A DNA stretch of 64,000 bases. Origin: Lama guanicoe (Eukaryota). Of this stretch, positions 12,701 through 26,600 are shown piece after piece; position 1 is the first letter of the stretch, and every line of letters begins with the position of its first letter. The position numbers and the translations under genes are program-made. The notes beneath the pieces were generated by a model. The model was not told the origin of the DNA. It did no database searches and saw only the letters and a list, made by a program, of their open reading frames with translations. The DNA is taken from contig MU054037.1 of assembly GCA_013239625.1 (NCBI GenBank), positions 374,001 to 438,000 on the forward strand, given 5' to 3'.

Positions 12701-14764
12701 ATGACGGTACAGAGTGAGGACTGTGAGCCACTCTCAACACCTGGTCAGGTGGCTTGAGATCAGCCTCACCTGCTGCTGCTTGATCACGCGTAGGCAAAGC
12801 CTTTCCCGTGGGAGAAGGATGCTCAGCAGAGCTCTATTAAGGGCAGGCTCTGGTAACTCAAAATCCCCCCACCCTTCCCGGTTTCCTGCCAAATCTTTGA
12901 CCTCCTGTTGGAATTTCCTGGGAGCCTGAGAACTCATCCCATAAAACCAGTCTGCTCTTAACATCCTTTAAAGCTTATGGCGATGCTGTCACATGCTGAT
13001 ACATCAAACTAGTGAATAAAACAGAAAAGAAGCAGACTCACAGATAAAGAGAACATAAAAATAAAAGATAGGGACTCCGCCTTTTTGCCCCCTAACCTTT
13101 CGGCCTCTCTGGTTACCATCTGATACACTCCTTATTTCTGTGCTGACCTCCCCCACTACTTACTGCCCACTTCTTCTCACAGACTCATCCCTTCCCCTGC
13201 AATCTGGCGTCTACCCTCAGTCCCCTCCTGAAATTTGCTCCCTTGGAGCAATCCTGTGACTCTTTTTTTTTTTTTTTTGCCTAAGGTAATGCCGCCTCCC
13301 CTGCTTCAGTTTCTTTTTTTTCTTTTCCTTTTTTTCTGACGCATTTAACATCCCACTTCTTGGAACTCTGTCCTCACCGGATTCTGGATTCAGTGACACC
13401 TCGCTGGTGCCTCTCCGGTTCATTTTCTATCCCTGTGAGGACTCCTGCCAACTTCTGGGAATCCTTTTTTGCTTTTCAGCCCATTACCGTGACATTCCTC
13501 TGTGTCAGATCGGCCCTTGGCTTTACTCTCACCTCCTCCTTGACTCCTTCCACCTCCTTGCCTTGGGCCATCACTTATGTACTAATGGCCATCACTTTTG
13601 TGCTAATGCCCACCTGCCGGGGCCTCTCACCTAGGCTCCCCTCCCCCCTCCCATGGTTCTTCTAGGGTCTCTGGGGGCATTTCAGTGTGAATGTCTCGCT
13701 GTCTTTGCAGAATTACCCTAAGCAGGGTGACCACGTCTCGTAGCCTTTCCTGCCTCCTCTCTTTGGATCAGACCAGGCTCCCAGCCTCAAAACCTTAGTT
13801 CCCTCTTTGAGGGAGGCCAGACAGGATGTGGTTCAGAGAGGACCGCCAGAGTCAGGTGGACGCTCTGCCAAATCCCAGCCTGTCCATGTGCTGGCTGTGT
13901 GATCTCAGGCAGCGCACTTTAACTTCTGCGCCTCGATCCCCTTAACTTTTTTTTTAAGTAGAGTTTAAAAACTATGATAATAGTTTCTTCCTCATCAAGT
14001 TATTGGGAGGACGAGCTGAGACGCTGTATGTGAAGAACTTAGTGCCTGGCGCATAATAAGCTCAGAGTGGTTCAGAGGCCCCCTTGTATGAGCTTATGCT
14101 GGTCCCTCCGCCAGAAACACCCTTCACTTGCTGATCGCCTGGCTGACTTCTCTGAGAGGTGGGCCCTGAACCCCAGTTCCTCAGCTGAGGAGAACACAGA
14201 CCCCTCTGTCAGCCCCGGTCACCTCCGTTCTCCCTGCTGGTTCTTTTGCTCCTTCTGCCCGCTAGACGGCAGCTCCTCAAAGGCCGGGCTCGGAAGGGTT
14301 CACCCCCGTGTCCCCAGCACGTGTAAATGCATAGCACCTGGGCGGTGCTTGGGAAATGCTTCCCATATATAAATGACGTGCCTTGGAATAACAGAAGATA
14401 CGAAGTAATTTTATAATCTGTGGACTGCACGTGGTGTATGAGCGCACTGTAGCTTCCGCTCCTGAATCAGGTGAGCTCTGATGTGCTCTTAGCAGTTTAC
14501 AGCTTTGTGAGCACTTCGGCATATGTTATCTTGCTGGGTCCTCACACCATCACTGGGAGCTGGCCAGTGAAGTGTTACCCCCAATTTTGGATGAGAAAAC
14601 AGAGGCACGGAAAAGTTACATGACTTCCCCAAGATGAAACAAGGACTTTCAAGTAATGTTTGGCCGCCTTCTTGTGGTTTACCTGCTCCCCGACTTTGCG
14701 GAACAGTCAGAACCACTTGGACGTCTGGGGCACCGAGCACACACCTCTGTAGGGCACCTCCCAC

Positions 14765-14963
14765 ACTGTCCACACGGTTTTTTAGAAGGGCCGATGGTAG
14801 GTGTTTTAGATTTTACAGATCGTACAGTTTCTGTCACAGCTGCTCAGCTCTACCATTGTAGCTCGAAAGCAGCTACAAATAGTGCATAAATGAGCAGTGT
14901 GGTTGTGTTCTAATAAAACTTTATTTACAAAAACTAGGGCCGGGCCATCATTTGCTGACCCTG
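14765..14963 (+). mobile_element. MER58A-like hAT-Charlie MITE
   Basis: gtgttctaataaaactttatttacaaaaac...tttgctgaccctg resembles recalled MER58 consensus; 5' end approximate. Confidence 0.75.
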
Positions 14964-15084
14964 CTCTAAGCACAGTTCCTTCCAGTTGAGAACTGGCAGA
15001 CACACTTTTAGCTGGATTGTCTGTGGGGGATTTGCTTTGGAGCCACCAGAAGAGCTTTAGCTAACAATCGCTTTTCTTTTCCAG

Positions 15085-15257
15085 ATCCTGTCTCGGAAAG
15101 AAGAGTGGGGGAGCAGGACGTGGCACCGACTCAGGAAAAGCCTAGCTCCCTGGGCAGGGCTCCTGAGAGGAAGGCAAAGGATGACAGCAGGCGGGCGGCT
15201 AAGAGCGCTCAGGACCTGAGCGATGTGTCCATGGATGAAGTGGGCATCCCCCTCCGG
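15085..15257 (+). CDS. SORBS1: SORBS1 exon 5 (173 nt) (D)PVSERRVGEQ...MDEVGIPLR, start of SoHo domain
   Basis: ttccag|AT acceptor, CGG|gtacga donor. Confidence 0.95.
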
Positions 15258-16696
15258 GTACGAATCTCGACCTGGCAATGCTTCTTGGGCTTCATCTTAA
15301 GCTGGTGACAGGTGTACACCCTGAGTCCATGGGAGCCCCTCCGTGGGTAGCAGAGACCTCGTGCAGAGGGTCTTCACCACCGTCTGCCCTCCAAGCAGCT
15401 AGGACCCCACAGAGCCTCCAAGAGCTGGGCGCCAGCCTCCAAGCCCACCGCAGTCCAGGAAACTGGATTCAGCCTGCAAGACCTCAGAACAGAGTTGGTC
15501 TCACGGCAGCCCTGCCCCAGCCCTCCCGACTGAACAGGCCTGCCAGCCTCCTGCAGGCCCTGGAATCCCAGGGAAGCCTGACTTTGAGACTGGATTAGGA
15601 TGAATCCCATCCTTCTTCACGAGCCCAGAAGAACACTGGCTGCAGTGTTGCTCTGTGATTTCCCTTTAGCAAAGGACAGGTTTTTATGTCCCTTTTGGGG
15701 GAGGCTGATAGAAATAGCAGTGGGCTAAACCTCAAAAGGGCAGTTGTCTGATCCTAAGGGATGATAAGTATTATAATAATGATGATAAGTAGAAGGAATT
15801 ATTACTAATAATGATCGCAGCAACCCTTGCTGATGCGTTCTCATTTAAACGTCATTCACCCTACAAGGATGAGGAATAGATGAGGAAACGGGGACTTGGG
15901 AGGGATTACTTGCCCAGGATTGCACAACGTGTGGGTGATGGAGCAGTCTGTCAGACTCCCAGACCCTTTCCTCTAGCCCTCGTGTGGGGCAGCCCTCTCA
16001 CTCACCTTCTCATCAGCTCTCTGACCTTAGTCCATTCACTTGGACTTTGTAAGTCACATTTTCTCATCTGTAAAATGGGAGTGAAAAATATCTGATCTAA
16101 CTACGTATTGGTGCCCTACCTTGTTTTATTTTTATATTAAAAAAAAAAAAAAGCCCAGCTTTGCGGTTAAGATAAAAAAAACTCTCTGGCATTGAATGGG
16201 TTACGTTTTAACGTATGCGTTCTAAATCTGGCCCCTGCGAGGGGCTTAGATACACCTCTACAGAATAACCTGAAATGGGTGAGGATGTGGCCTGATGAGC
16301 AAGTGTTCTTTGTCTATTAGGTTTCTGGGAGCCTTTACTTCAGTTTAGTCATCTATATATGGAGAGAGATTCTCTCTAAAAATGAAAACTTTAAAAATTA
16401 TCTAAGAATGGACACACTCCAGGTGGATCCTTGTCCAGTGTTTTAAAAACATGCATCCTTTTGGCCAAGTATGACTCTACAGATTCGGGTCTGAATCCCT
16501 TGGTTTGCCTGTTCTTTCTCAAAAGTTTTGCATTTAAAAGAAAAGGCTTAAATGTAGGATCACAAAGATGCATAGAGCTCCGTGAGGTTTGACTTGATGT
16601 GCTGTCACTTCTCATTCTGAGTTTTGTAATCACAGAAGTTCTGAAATATGCCAAGATTTCCATTTTATCTTATTCTTTGTCTTTGTTTTTCTTCAG

Positions 16697-16760
16697 AACA
16701 CTGAGAGATCAAAAGACTGGTACAAGACCATGTTTAAACAGATCCACAAACTGAACAGAG
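16697..16760 (+). CDS. SORBS1: SORBS1 exon 6 (64 nt) NTERSKDWYKTMFKQIHKLNR, SoHo core
   Basis: cttcag|AAC acceptor, AGAG|gtactg donor; sorbin-homology signature. Confidence 0.97.
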
Positions 16761-18600
16761 GTACTGATTTTCATTTATAGAAGCTGTACTGTGCCTGTGT
16801 GTTGAGTACTGTGGTGAGGACCTAAACTCACTTGGCTAGGATGCCGGAAGATGGGGCCCTGCAGCTTGACCTCACTAGGCACTGGCCTGCCTAAGCCCAG
16901 CCATACGCCTTCAGAGCAGAGGGGGATGGGAGTACCTGGGCACCTGCCTCACGTGTGGGAGTTGAGATCAGCTCCCAGGTCCTCTGTCCCAGATGTTGGG
17001 GATGCAGCAGGCTGGGCCCAGCACTCTGCCGGCGCTCTGCAGCATCTACCCGCCGGGATGCGAGCAGCTTCGACTCCCACCTGCTTCTGGCTTTAGGTAC
17101 AGCTCCCAGTGTCAGCCCATGACTGCCTTGTAGGCAGAGCGAGTTGAGAAGGCGTGAGCTGAGAGTTAAGAACTGTCCTTATCTGGATTCAGTCCCCCAA
17201 ATACTCATGTGACCTTGGGCCAAGCATGTACCTCTGTCTGTGTTTGTCCCTCTTCCCTTCTCTGAGGGATGTTGTAGGGTCCAAATGAGAGCAAATTCTG
17301 CCTTGTGAAGTAGGCTGCAAGGTGCCCCTGTATGGCAGTGTTAATATGAAAGATAATCTTCCCCAGCTGGGAGCCAGCACTCGTTAGTAGCCCTGAGAGC
17401 CAGTGGAGAGCTGACACACCAAAGCCCGCTCAAGCTGGGAGAGCAGTGCTTCCAAATCGGGGGCCCACTGGGCTGTCAGCAGGGGACCCAGCATGGTGGG
17501 AGAACCCCACGCCAGTGCTCGGGCAAGTTGCGACTTCAACAGCTCCCATCTGCCTGTGCTGCCAGTCAGCTGATGGGCAGAGATGCAGCTGCACTGTGGG
17601 AAGGGTACCACTCCTCCTGCGGGCAGAGCATCCTGTCCTTCCATGTGGCCAAATCCAGTCTGGCCGCCTGGCACAGATGACACATGAAGGCAAAGGAAAA
17701 GTGTCCTGTCCTGGTCAGTGTTGGCTTAAGCCACAGATAACCAGTCTCTGATTAGCTGTGGATGCCAGCAAACATCACTGTTAATTAGCTCCTGCAGTGT
17801 TCAGAATGCACCTGGAGGTGTCCCTCTTCAAACTGATTCTAAATATTGAGATGCTCAGTATTTAGTGTTTCTGAGCAAAGTAAATTTACTGTTTGGGGAT
17901 TAGATGAGCTCAGTCACGTGGTGGTGGTAAATGCTGGGTCTCTGATCAGATGGTATCAGTTCCACTGGTCACTTCCTAAAACCAATGTTCATTTCCTCCA
18001 GCAATTTGTGTCTCTCGCCTTTAGACCCAGTGTTGGTTGAGATGCAGGTGCATATTTGCAAAATATGTAACTGCCCCTCACGCAGCATTGGACCTCTCAT
18101 ACGTTGTAGCTGTTAACTCAACCTAAGTTACAGATTCAAAGTAAAACTGCCTCCCTGATGGTAGGCAGAGGTATTTGAAAAGTTAAGAATCTACTTATTT
18201 GCCCTGATTCTAATGTCTACAGCACAAGCTTTGATTTTTAAAAAATCAGTTTACGATCGTGTTTTCTTTGCACACGATTTGTTATATACTTAATATTTTT
18301 TGCCTCTGAAAGGTGAAAACTTGAAGCTTTGTGCTGAATGCCTCTAGTTTACTGGAGATTCAGTGTATGAAATTCTTTGTCTGAGGGGGAATAAAATGAT
18401 ACCGTCTCTTTAGACGTGTCTCAGTAACTCAGGCAAAAGGACTGGATTTTTCAAAGCAGTTTGAATTTCTCTCATATCATGGTGAAGCTTAGTATGTTCC
18501 AGAATTCAAGGAGCCTGACTTGTGTGTGGATTCCTATTGGTTCATGCTCTCCGTTTGTGTCTTCCTCTATTCTCTCTCCCAAACCTGCTCCTCTGCCTAG

Positions 18601-18675
18601 ACACTCCTGAAGAAAACCCTTATTTCCCTACGTACAAATTCCCTGAACTTCCTGAAATCCAGCAAAATTCTGAAG
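18601..18675 (+). CDS. SORBS1: SORBS1 exon 7 (75 nt) (D)TPEENPYFPTYKFPELPEIQQNSE
   Basis: cctag|AC acceptor, GAAG|gtacca donor, phase 1-1. Confidence 0.92.
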
Positions 18676-18999
18676 GTACCATAAACTTAGACGGTGTATC
18701 CGTTGTCCTAGCCTTAAATTACTCATAGTGCCATTATAGGAATAAGATTTGGCTTTTAGATTTTTGTTTTTATAGTCATTTTTGGTTGCTGGATGTTTTA
18801 TTTCACTCATTTGCATGATGTGCCGTGTTAAAATAACTGAAGTCCTTTCTAATTCATTAATCTTTTTAAGTGTGATGCCGTGTGCTTTAATAACACTAAA
18901 ATAGGTAATCAGCCATTTGAAAGAGTCAGTTGGAGACTTGTCAGTTCCTCCACTTCATGGTGGATAGTTTCAAAATTCCATTGCTTTTCTCTGCTACAG

Positions 19000-19062
19000 A
19001 GGACAATCCTTACACTCCTACCTACCAGTTTCCTGCATCTACTCCTAGTCCTAAATCTGAAG
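19000..19062 (+). CDS. SORBS1: SORBS1 exon 8 (63 nt) (E)DNPYTPTYQFPASTPSPKSE
   Basis: ctacag|AG acceptor, GAAG|gtaatt donor, phase 1-1. Confidence 0.92.
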
Positions 19063-20656
19063 GTAATTGAAGGAAAATCATGTGCCTCTTTGTGCCGGTG
19101 CTGCTACTTTGGGGTTTTCACCGTGGGGTTTCTCCTGGTGGCTGAGAGCTGTCTCCCCATCGTTTGCTTCCCTCTAACCTCGTGTTTTGTGGTGTCCTCC
19201 TGCTCCTCGCTGACTGTGTAACTGGAGTCTATCCAGATGATAATTTAGTCCCAGTCCCTTGGAGTTGACGTGATTAATGGGGAAACCAGTGTGGCTTAGT
19301 TATAATGCTTTGCACATGTGGGGCTCTGGGGAAAACTGCCTGTACCCAGCTACCCAGGGCTTTGTGTTTGGGATGGTCACATGAGGATGGTGGCTGGGCA
19401 GTGACTCAGGGAAGCTGAGTCATTGTGGCTGATGGGCAAGAGGTAGACATGCCAGCATCAACAGGAGAAAAATTACCTGGTTCTTATACATGCAACTAAC
19501 TCTCCACAAGGCCCTTCTTGTCATGGGTTTATCTCCAGGTGTATCTCCTTGGTAGAGAATTCCTGAAGAGGTATCCAGGCATAGGATTCAGTCATGGTGG
19601 GAGATGATATCCCTTGAAAATAAGGGGTTTAGCCAAGCTAGAAACGATTTCATGAACAAGCTGGCTAGGAATTTGGACCTGCTCAGGGAGGGTGGCCACA
19701 CTTATATTCTTTTCTGGGTTAAAAAGTCTAGGTGTTGAAGAAGGCTCTAAAAGGTGAGTGAAGAGCAACATCCTGAGAACTGTTCGAGTCCCCGGGATTG
19801 TCTGATGCGTAGATGAGTGGCCCAGAAAGAGGCGAGCAGGGTGGGGGGCAGGGGAGTGAGTATGCAGGAGGCAATTCATTGAATGCTCTTCCAGGCTGAG
19901 ATGGTGAGTGCTCTGAGCTTCAGTCATTCAAGAAATATTGAGTACTTGCGTCAAACACTGTCCTTGGAACTGAGGATGGAGCCATGAGAACGATGTGTCC
20001 TCTGTTCTCTGAAGTTCATGTCAGGCAGGGAATCAGACAAGGCTACTTCACTGTGCTACATCCAGTATGGTGGCATTTGCAAGAGCATGTGTCCAGAAGG
20101 CTGCAGAAAACCTTGCTGGCACACAGTAGGTCCTCAGTACCTGTCTGGGGAATGTTGCTGAGTGAAGGCTTTGGACCGCAGAACCGGAGTTCTTTTCTCG
20201 GGGTGAAGCCCAGTGCTGCCCCCTCCCTGGTGCTTCTCTGTTCTAACCAGCTCAGCAACCAGCTCACCCAGCCCTTCTCATTGTCGGTCGAGTTGTCCAT
20301 TCAATCATTCACCAAACTTGATCACTTAACATATATGACAGGCTGGGATGTGTTAGATACAGTTTTAGTTAAGATACCATATTCCATTTTTGGTCTCCCT
20401 GTGATGCCGGTCCGTGGTTTCCAGTCCTTTCATGGCTGAGGCCTATTTTGAATAAAAAAGTCTACCAAACAAACCCATACTTAAAAAATTAAAAGCTGAC
20501 GATTTAATTTTGATCAGTGACCTCCTTACTTCCAGCAAGACTCTGTCTGGTGTGGAATAACCTAGTCTTTTTATCTTGGGGTCTGATTCCAGCCAAACAC
20601 GTTGCTTAAAAAATAACTGATCTGGATGAGTGAGAAAACTTTTTTAGGGTAATTTT

Positions 20657-20707
20657 TAAAATATGATTTAACACTTTTTTTGGTGGGGGAGAGGAAGTAA
20701 TTAGGTT

Positions 20708-20738
<31 letters not shown>

Positions 20739-20816
20739 ATGACGTTACTGGAGATTGAACCCAGGACCTTGTGCATGCTAAGCACGTGCTCTACTACTGA
20801 GCTGTACCCTCCCCCG
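20657..20816 (-). mobile_element. tRNA-derived SINE (Vic-1-like, camelid)
   Basis: Reverse complement reads gggggagggtacagctcagtagtagag...ctgggttcaatctcc (A and B boxes) followed by a (TAAA)n tail. 12-bp TSD tagggtaatttt at 20645-20656 and 20817-20828. Confidence 0.9.
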
Positions 20817-22146
20817 TAGGGTAATTTTGATTGAATGCAGTTTTTGATTTGTGCTTTATTTGGCTCTGAGAACCCACCCTACTCATACGGTAGGGTTCCT
20901 TTCTAGGGAAGATGACATGCACACAGCATGCCTGAAGGCATAGAATCCCGTAGGCCTGGGCAGAGGAGGGGCACCTGGAGGAGTCCTGTGGCACAGGACA
21001 GTAACTCCCATCGGACTGGAGGAATGCCTTAGGCTTGTCACAGGCTGCGCCAGCAGCGTCCAGTCAGCCGGGCTGTTGGTCTGAAGACAGGGTTCATCTT
21101 CCGGCCTCACACCCAGAGCTGCCGTGTGTGTCATCAGCTGCCACACCTAGCAACCCGGGCTGCTGCCGACGTCTGCTTCATGGTCCACGTCAAGTCAGGC
21201 CCAGGAGGCATGGGGGTTATTTTGCTTTGAGGCACAGACAGTAAGGGATGACATGATCACTTTTTGCCTACAATTCAGGAAGCAGACCTTACTCTTTTTA
21301 TTTTTCAAAGACCAAAAAGGAAGAAATCATCTTAAAAGATAAAAAGGGGAAAAAATAGATTGGATATAAAAGATTCATAATAGCCAAGATGACTAGACTT
21401 CAGCTCAAGTTTCTAAGAAGTCTTCTTCCCTGGAGATTTTTTAAAAATAGTGTGGGTTCCATCTCGCCCCCGCGCCTGCCTGGATGACAGATCTAGACGT
21501 AGACCACAGATGTGTTCAGTTAGATGAAGGCTTTTTACTAACGAATGAGATGTTTGAACTAGATCACTTTAAAGAATCATTATTTTCATTTTACTTTTTT
21601 AAAGCAATAAGAGACTCTCTGGCTTGTGGTTCTGATGTCTGTGAGTTCCGGCCGGGCCTCCTCAGCCCTGTCCTTGGTACTGCACACCCACCTGAACATG
21701 GGAAAGATTTCTTTCTTTCAAAGAAAGGTGTTAAAGACAGATTAGCGGACTCTGCCCATAGGTTTTAATTAGCTTTAAAAAATAGACAGCTTTGCTGAGA
21801 AATGTGAGCTCTCATTCTGGAGCCTGCTCCCCGGAGGGGAGGGGAGGGGACTGTTGTTGCTGCTGGGTTTTTGTTTTATTTTTTTTGGACTCAGAATTTA
21901 AACTGGAATTATTTGCACTAAACCTATCAAAACCTAGCTTAAAGGCTGCTGCCTCTGTCAAAGTCCTAGTTGATAATGAGTATAAAAGAGACATTTCTAA
22001 GTGTCTCAAAGCTGATTCTCCAAGTAGTGAAGGACTATGTGAAAGTTTGCTTAAGTCAGTTTAGCAACCTTCCCCACCCACCACCACAGCTACAGCGAAA
22101 AAGTAAACTTCTGGCCAGACTTTCAAGAGAGAAATAGAATTATCAT

Positions 22147-22256
22147 CTTTTTTTTTAATTGAAGTATAGTTTACTTGTAATATTTCAGGTGTACAGCAAA
22201 GTGATCCAGTTTTATATATATGTATATGTATATGAGGTTATTTTCCATAATAGGTT
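22147..22256 (-). mobile_element. Short LINE-1 3' end with TSD
   Basis: Poly-T then aattgaagtatagtt...caggtgtacagcaaagtga. 13-bp TSD atagaattatcat at 22134-22146 and 22257-22269. Confidence 0.85.
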
Positions 22257-23455
22257 ATAGAATTATCATGTTTTAATTCCTACACGGCTAATCATTTTAT
22301 AATATTTGAGACCACTCTGGGACAGAAGCAGTGTTATGTCTGATTACTCTTTATTTCAGGGGGCAGTTGGCAGGAATTAGGGCTAGGAAATTTGGGAAAA
22401 GTAGAATGAATTCAGGAGTCTTCTTGCAATTGCACTCTATACCCGGATCATTAGAAAGCTTATCAAAAATAAAAATAATTTACCAGAAATCCTTTGGGAG
22501 GGACTTTCAAATAAGGCTAAGCAGATGAGTTTTGCTTTCTTTTTCTTTTAAACTTTCACTTGACTCACTCTCTCTTGTCTACCCTTCCTTCCTGACCCAA
22601 AGCTACTTGTCTCTCTCTTAAAGGCACATGTCCTTGCCCAGCATCTGCCACTAGATCTTTTTGATTGTTGGGGGCAGGAGAGGGGATTTGATGGGGACAA
22701 GAGCCAGCCCCACCCACCACTGCACCCAGACCGTGGAGGGGCTGCTGGGGTGAGTCTTCAGACATTAGAACCCATTTGGCCATGTCAGGGTAATGGGCTA
22801 TCATATCAGCCAGAGGTGAGATTCCAGAGGCCAGCTTTCCCCCTTGCTTTTCGATGTCTCCTCCACTGCTGTAGGCTTTTGGTGGCCACTGCCACCTCCT
22901 GGTGAAGTGACTCAAGACACCACCTCAAGTCATCCTTGTGATGTGGTTGTGGTGACATATTTCGTCATAGTGGTCTGTCTTGTTGAGCTTTTTCCCTATT
23001 GCTAGGTGAGGATGCACTAAGGCAAGGATTTAGGAGGCTAATTTTCCCAGGCACATCCATATTTGAGCTAAAATAATCCTCTACTGGCCTTCCAGGATTT
23101 CTAAGAATAGCCTTATTTTGCTCAAGTTCAAGCAGATAGTCTATTGTGGAGATGCCTGGCAGGGATCTGTGCCTCCTGCCCGAGTTCCAGCGGGTACTGC
23201 CCAGAGGAGGGGCTTAGTGCTCGCAAGCAGTCAGTCACCTTTGCTCCCCCAACGAGGGCTGCCAGCCTAGCACGCACAGAAGTCTTTGGCCTGCGAGATA
23301 GTTGAGAGAGTAGCAGTTAGACCCTTTCTGCCTTCAAGGGAGGAACACCCCGGAGGTGAGGACGGTGAGTCGTTCCAGCCCTTGGTCTAACCACGCTTCC
23401 ACTCCTCTCACTCCTGTCCTGCTCCGCCTCATTCTCTGTGCTCCTTTAGATCCTA

Positions 23456-23650
23456 TTTTTTTAAGAACAACTTTATTGTGGTATAATTTCTGTACAGTAA
23501 ACTGCACATATTTCAGATGTACAATTTGATTAATTTTGATAGATGCGTACACCTATGAAACCAGAGATTGACACATTGTAACTAACTATACGTCAGTTTA
23601 AAAAAAGACACAAATGAACTAATTACAAAACAGACTCTCAGACACAGAAC
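23456..23650. mobile_element. Adjacent L1 3'-end fragments (older minus-strand piece followed by plus-strand pieces)
   Basis: caactttattgtggtataatt...tacaatttga (minus), then acattgtaactaactatac...gacacaaatgaactaattacaaaacagactc (plus). Confidence 0.6.
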
Positions 23651-26600
23651 AGATTCTGGTTTTTTCTCAATTTGTCTTCTGGAGCTATGCTATGCCCTGT
23701 AGGGGTCTTTTTTTCATTATTTAGAATTTGACTGCCTCTACCTGGAACGTAGACAGCGTTGGGGCTCTTCCCTCAAGCTCCTGGACTATTTCTGACCATC
23801 TTGCCCCACTTTCCCTTTTTCTTATTCTTTCTTTCCAGTCCCACCCGGATGTTATACCTGCCTCTGCATATGTCTCTTTCTCTTTGAACATTTTTGTTTG
23901 TGGTGTGGGTATGTGAGTCTGTCTTAACACCTTTCTCTGAGTGTGTGGGATAAAGCAGGAGAAGGAATTAATTTGAGCAGTGGGAAAAGATTATGTTAAA
24001 AATGAGCCACTGATATTAGAAAAATAATTTTAAGTTTAAAGGCCTCACAAGTGCATAAAATTGAAACTCAATTAATATAGGCCAGTATTATGCAAATCTT
24101 GCTTTTTGCCCATCATCCCATTTTGGTCAATTACACACTTTTTACAGAACAGCCATTCTCAAGCAGTACTTTCTTCAGTGTCTTTAAGATTATTATAAAT
24201 TCTAAAAAAAAAAGCCACCCCAGAAGTCTTTCTTAGAAAAGAAGTTCATTTAAAGTCGCTGTGGTTGAAAAGACAATTATGTGCCTCCTGGCAGTTTTGG
24301 GAGAGTAGCTGTCCCCAAACGGAGCCTCCAAGGACAGATTGTCAAAGCCTGGAGGGCAGTCATTGGCATGTAAACACCAGAGCCCAGCAGGGGTCTTCAG
24401 GGCCCAGAAGCGAGCTGCTCGCCCCGAGTAAATGCTGCTTAGTGTTAGAGCTTCCTGGAAGTCACTGGCACAGGAAGTTCTGAGTGTTGCTGCCAAGGTT
24501 TGATGTTTGCTGCTTGGGGCTCTGAGGGGCACAGTCAGCAGCATGTGGCTCCACCGCGAGTGGGAATCACAAGATCCCGGCTCTGCTGAGTCCACTAGGG
24601 CGTTCTCTGAAAGAGCTCTTGGAGAAATAGTGAAAGCAGGATTTCATGCATAGACAATGTCCGTGTTCATAAACTGAGAAACATTTCATTCAGTGTGTCT
24701 TAACTATGACGAAACATGCAGCTACCCAGTTTGGCTAGTTCTGGCGTATAGAAATGCAGAAGCTGAGCCTTACACCCAGTTTCCCATTCAGTGGCATTTC
24801 CAGCAGCACCCCTACGTGCCCCAGGGTAGACTTAGCCTGCCAGGAGAAGGTACAGGGAGCAGCAAGTGAAAGATGTAGCAAGACTGACTCAACTTTCCCC
24901 ATCCCCCTGGAGAAGACCAGGAGGAGAGCTAGAAGTGTGGTGGTGTAACTCAGAAAACTGGCTTACATGTCACCAGGGAGGAGGTGATGCAGAAAAATAG
25001 AGCAAAGGCTTGGAGGGCTAGAAGTCAGCCTGGCCGACACTGCAGTGCGTGACTGGAGTTTCAGAATAACGCCCTCCCCTGCCTCTTCTGATTATAATGG
25101 AGTAGCTGCCGTTCTCCAGGATCGGGCATGTGAGTCTGGAGTCCATCCGTCCCTGTCACAGGGCTGTGGGCAGCATGGAGAAGTGGGGTCGGAAAGACCT
25201 GGAATCCATTCCTGCTTTGTCTTTCTCCCTGTGCAGCTTAACCTCCCTGGGCCCCAATTTCCTTGTCTCTGCAATGAGATATTTACATACCTCCAGGAGT
25301 TTTTGCAAGAATTAAGTGAGGTAATATTAGCAAGTTACTGCTTACTATTGGGCACTTAATAATGAGAGCGGCTATTATTTTTACTCATAAGCGTAGGTAA
25401 AATTCGCTTCCATTAGGTTTGCAAGACAAACATTAAAAATTAACAGAATCAATTACACATCCCCTGGAACTTGTCCTAGCTGCTGATGTTCAGATGAGTC
25501 TGTGCAACTTCAACTTGCCCACTTGAAAGTTGATGAACTGAAATCCATGTGTCAGGTTCGGATCCCCTGGACACTGGGAAAAATGAAAAGCTTGTTCATA
25601 GAGACCCCCTTGCCCTGTGCTAGCCTGGGATGGGGGAGCTTTCTTTTTCCACCCACACCAGATAAGTAACTTTAAGAACATTCAGTCATTCAGACTTCTC
25701 TGTTGCCTTCACCTACCCCCCGCATCTTTTCTTCTAACTTCCAAAATACACAAATTAACTCCCCAAGCCATGCTGGTTTTTTCCATCTCAGAAGAACTAT
25801 TTCTCATTTTCTTCTAACAAGTCTTGTAGAAGTCCATATTAGAAGGCTCTAGGGAGCAGCAAAAAAATTTTAAAGAACTGAGATTTTTTTAAAACAATCG
25901 TTGAATATTTAAAAGCCATTTTTCTGCCATGAAATCTTTGCTCATCTCCAGAACCAGGTAATCGTTATAAATTAACCCTCATTTTACCATCTGCTGATAG
26001 GCTGTAATTTCTCCATGATTCAGAGAGATACAGGGTTTTGATCTAAAACGGTAGGCTGGATTTTAAGCAGTACCTACACTGGTTCCTAACTAAGCTAATT
26101 TTTCATTTGACAGGCACCATTTTTCCAATCAAATCTCTGCAATCAAAGGTGATTTTTAGTTTCTTTGATGCTGTGGCATTTTATCATCAGAAGTTCTATT
26201 AAAAAAAAAAAACAGGCAACACAAAATTCTTCAGTATGGTACTCAAATGTATGTTTCTGGATCCCATTTATCTCCTCTGCCCTGTTCTCAAAAGTTGACA
26301 TAAATAGGCTTCCATATTCAGTTGATAACAGGGTAAGACTTGGCTGTGTTGGTAGAAGAACTTTAAGCCATGTTCCACTTTAAGGATAGGAATTAGTCAA
26401 TATTAAAAGCAAAAAGAGGGAAGAAGGAGAAAAGATAGCTTGGTACCTGAAGCCTTTCTGTTACTGGCACTGGGGAGACCCGGGACAGATAAAATGGGGA
26501 GAGGAGAGGAGGTAGAAGGGGTGATAGAGAGGTTGTTTTTGAATGCTACTCAAAATAATAGCAATGTAAGCTTTAATTACATTTTATAAAATATTCTGGC

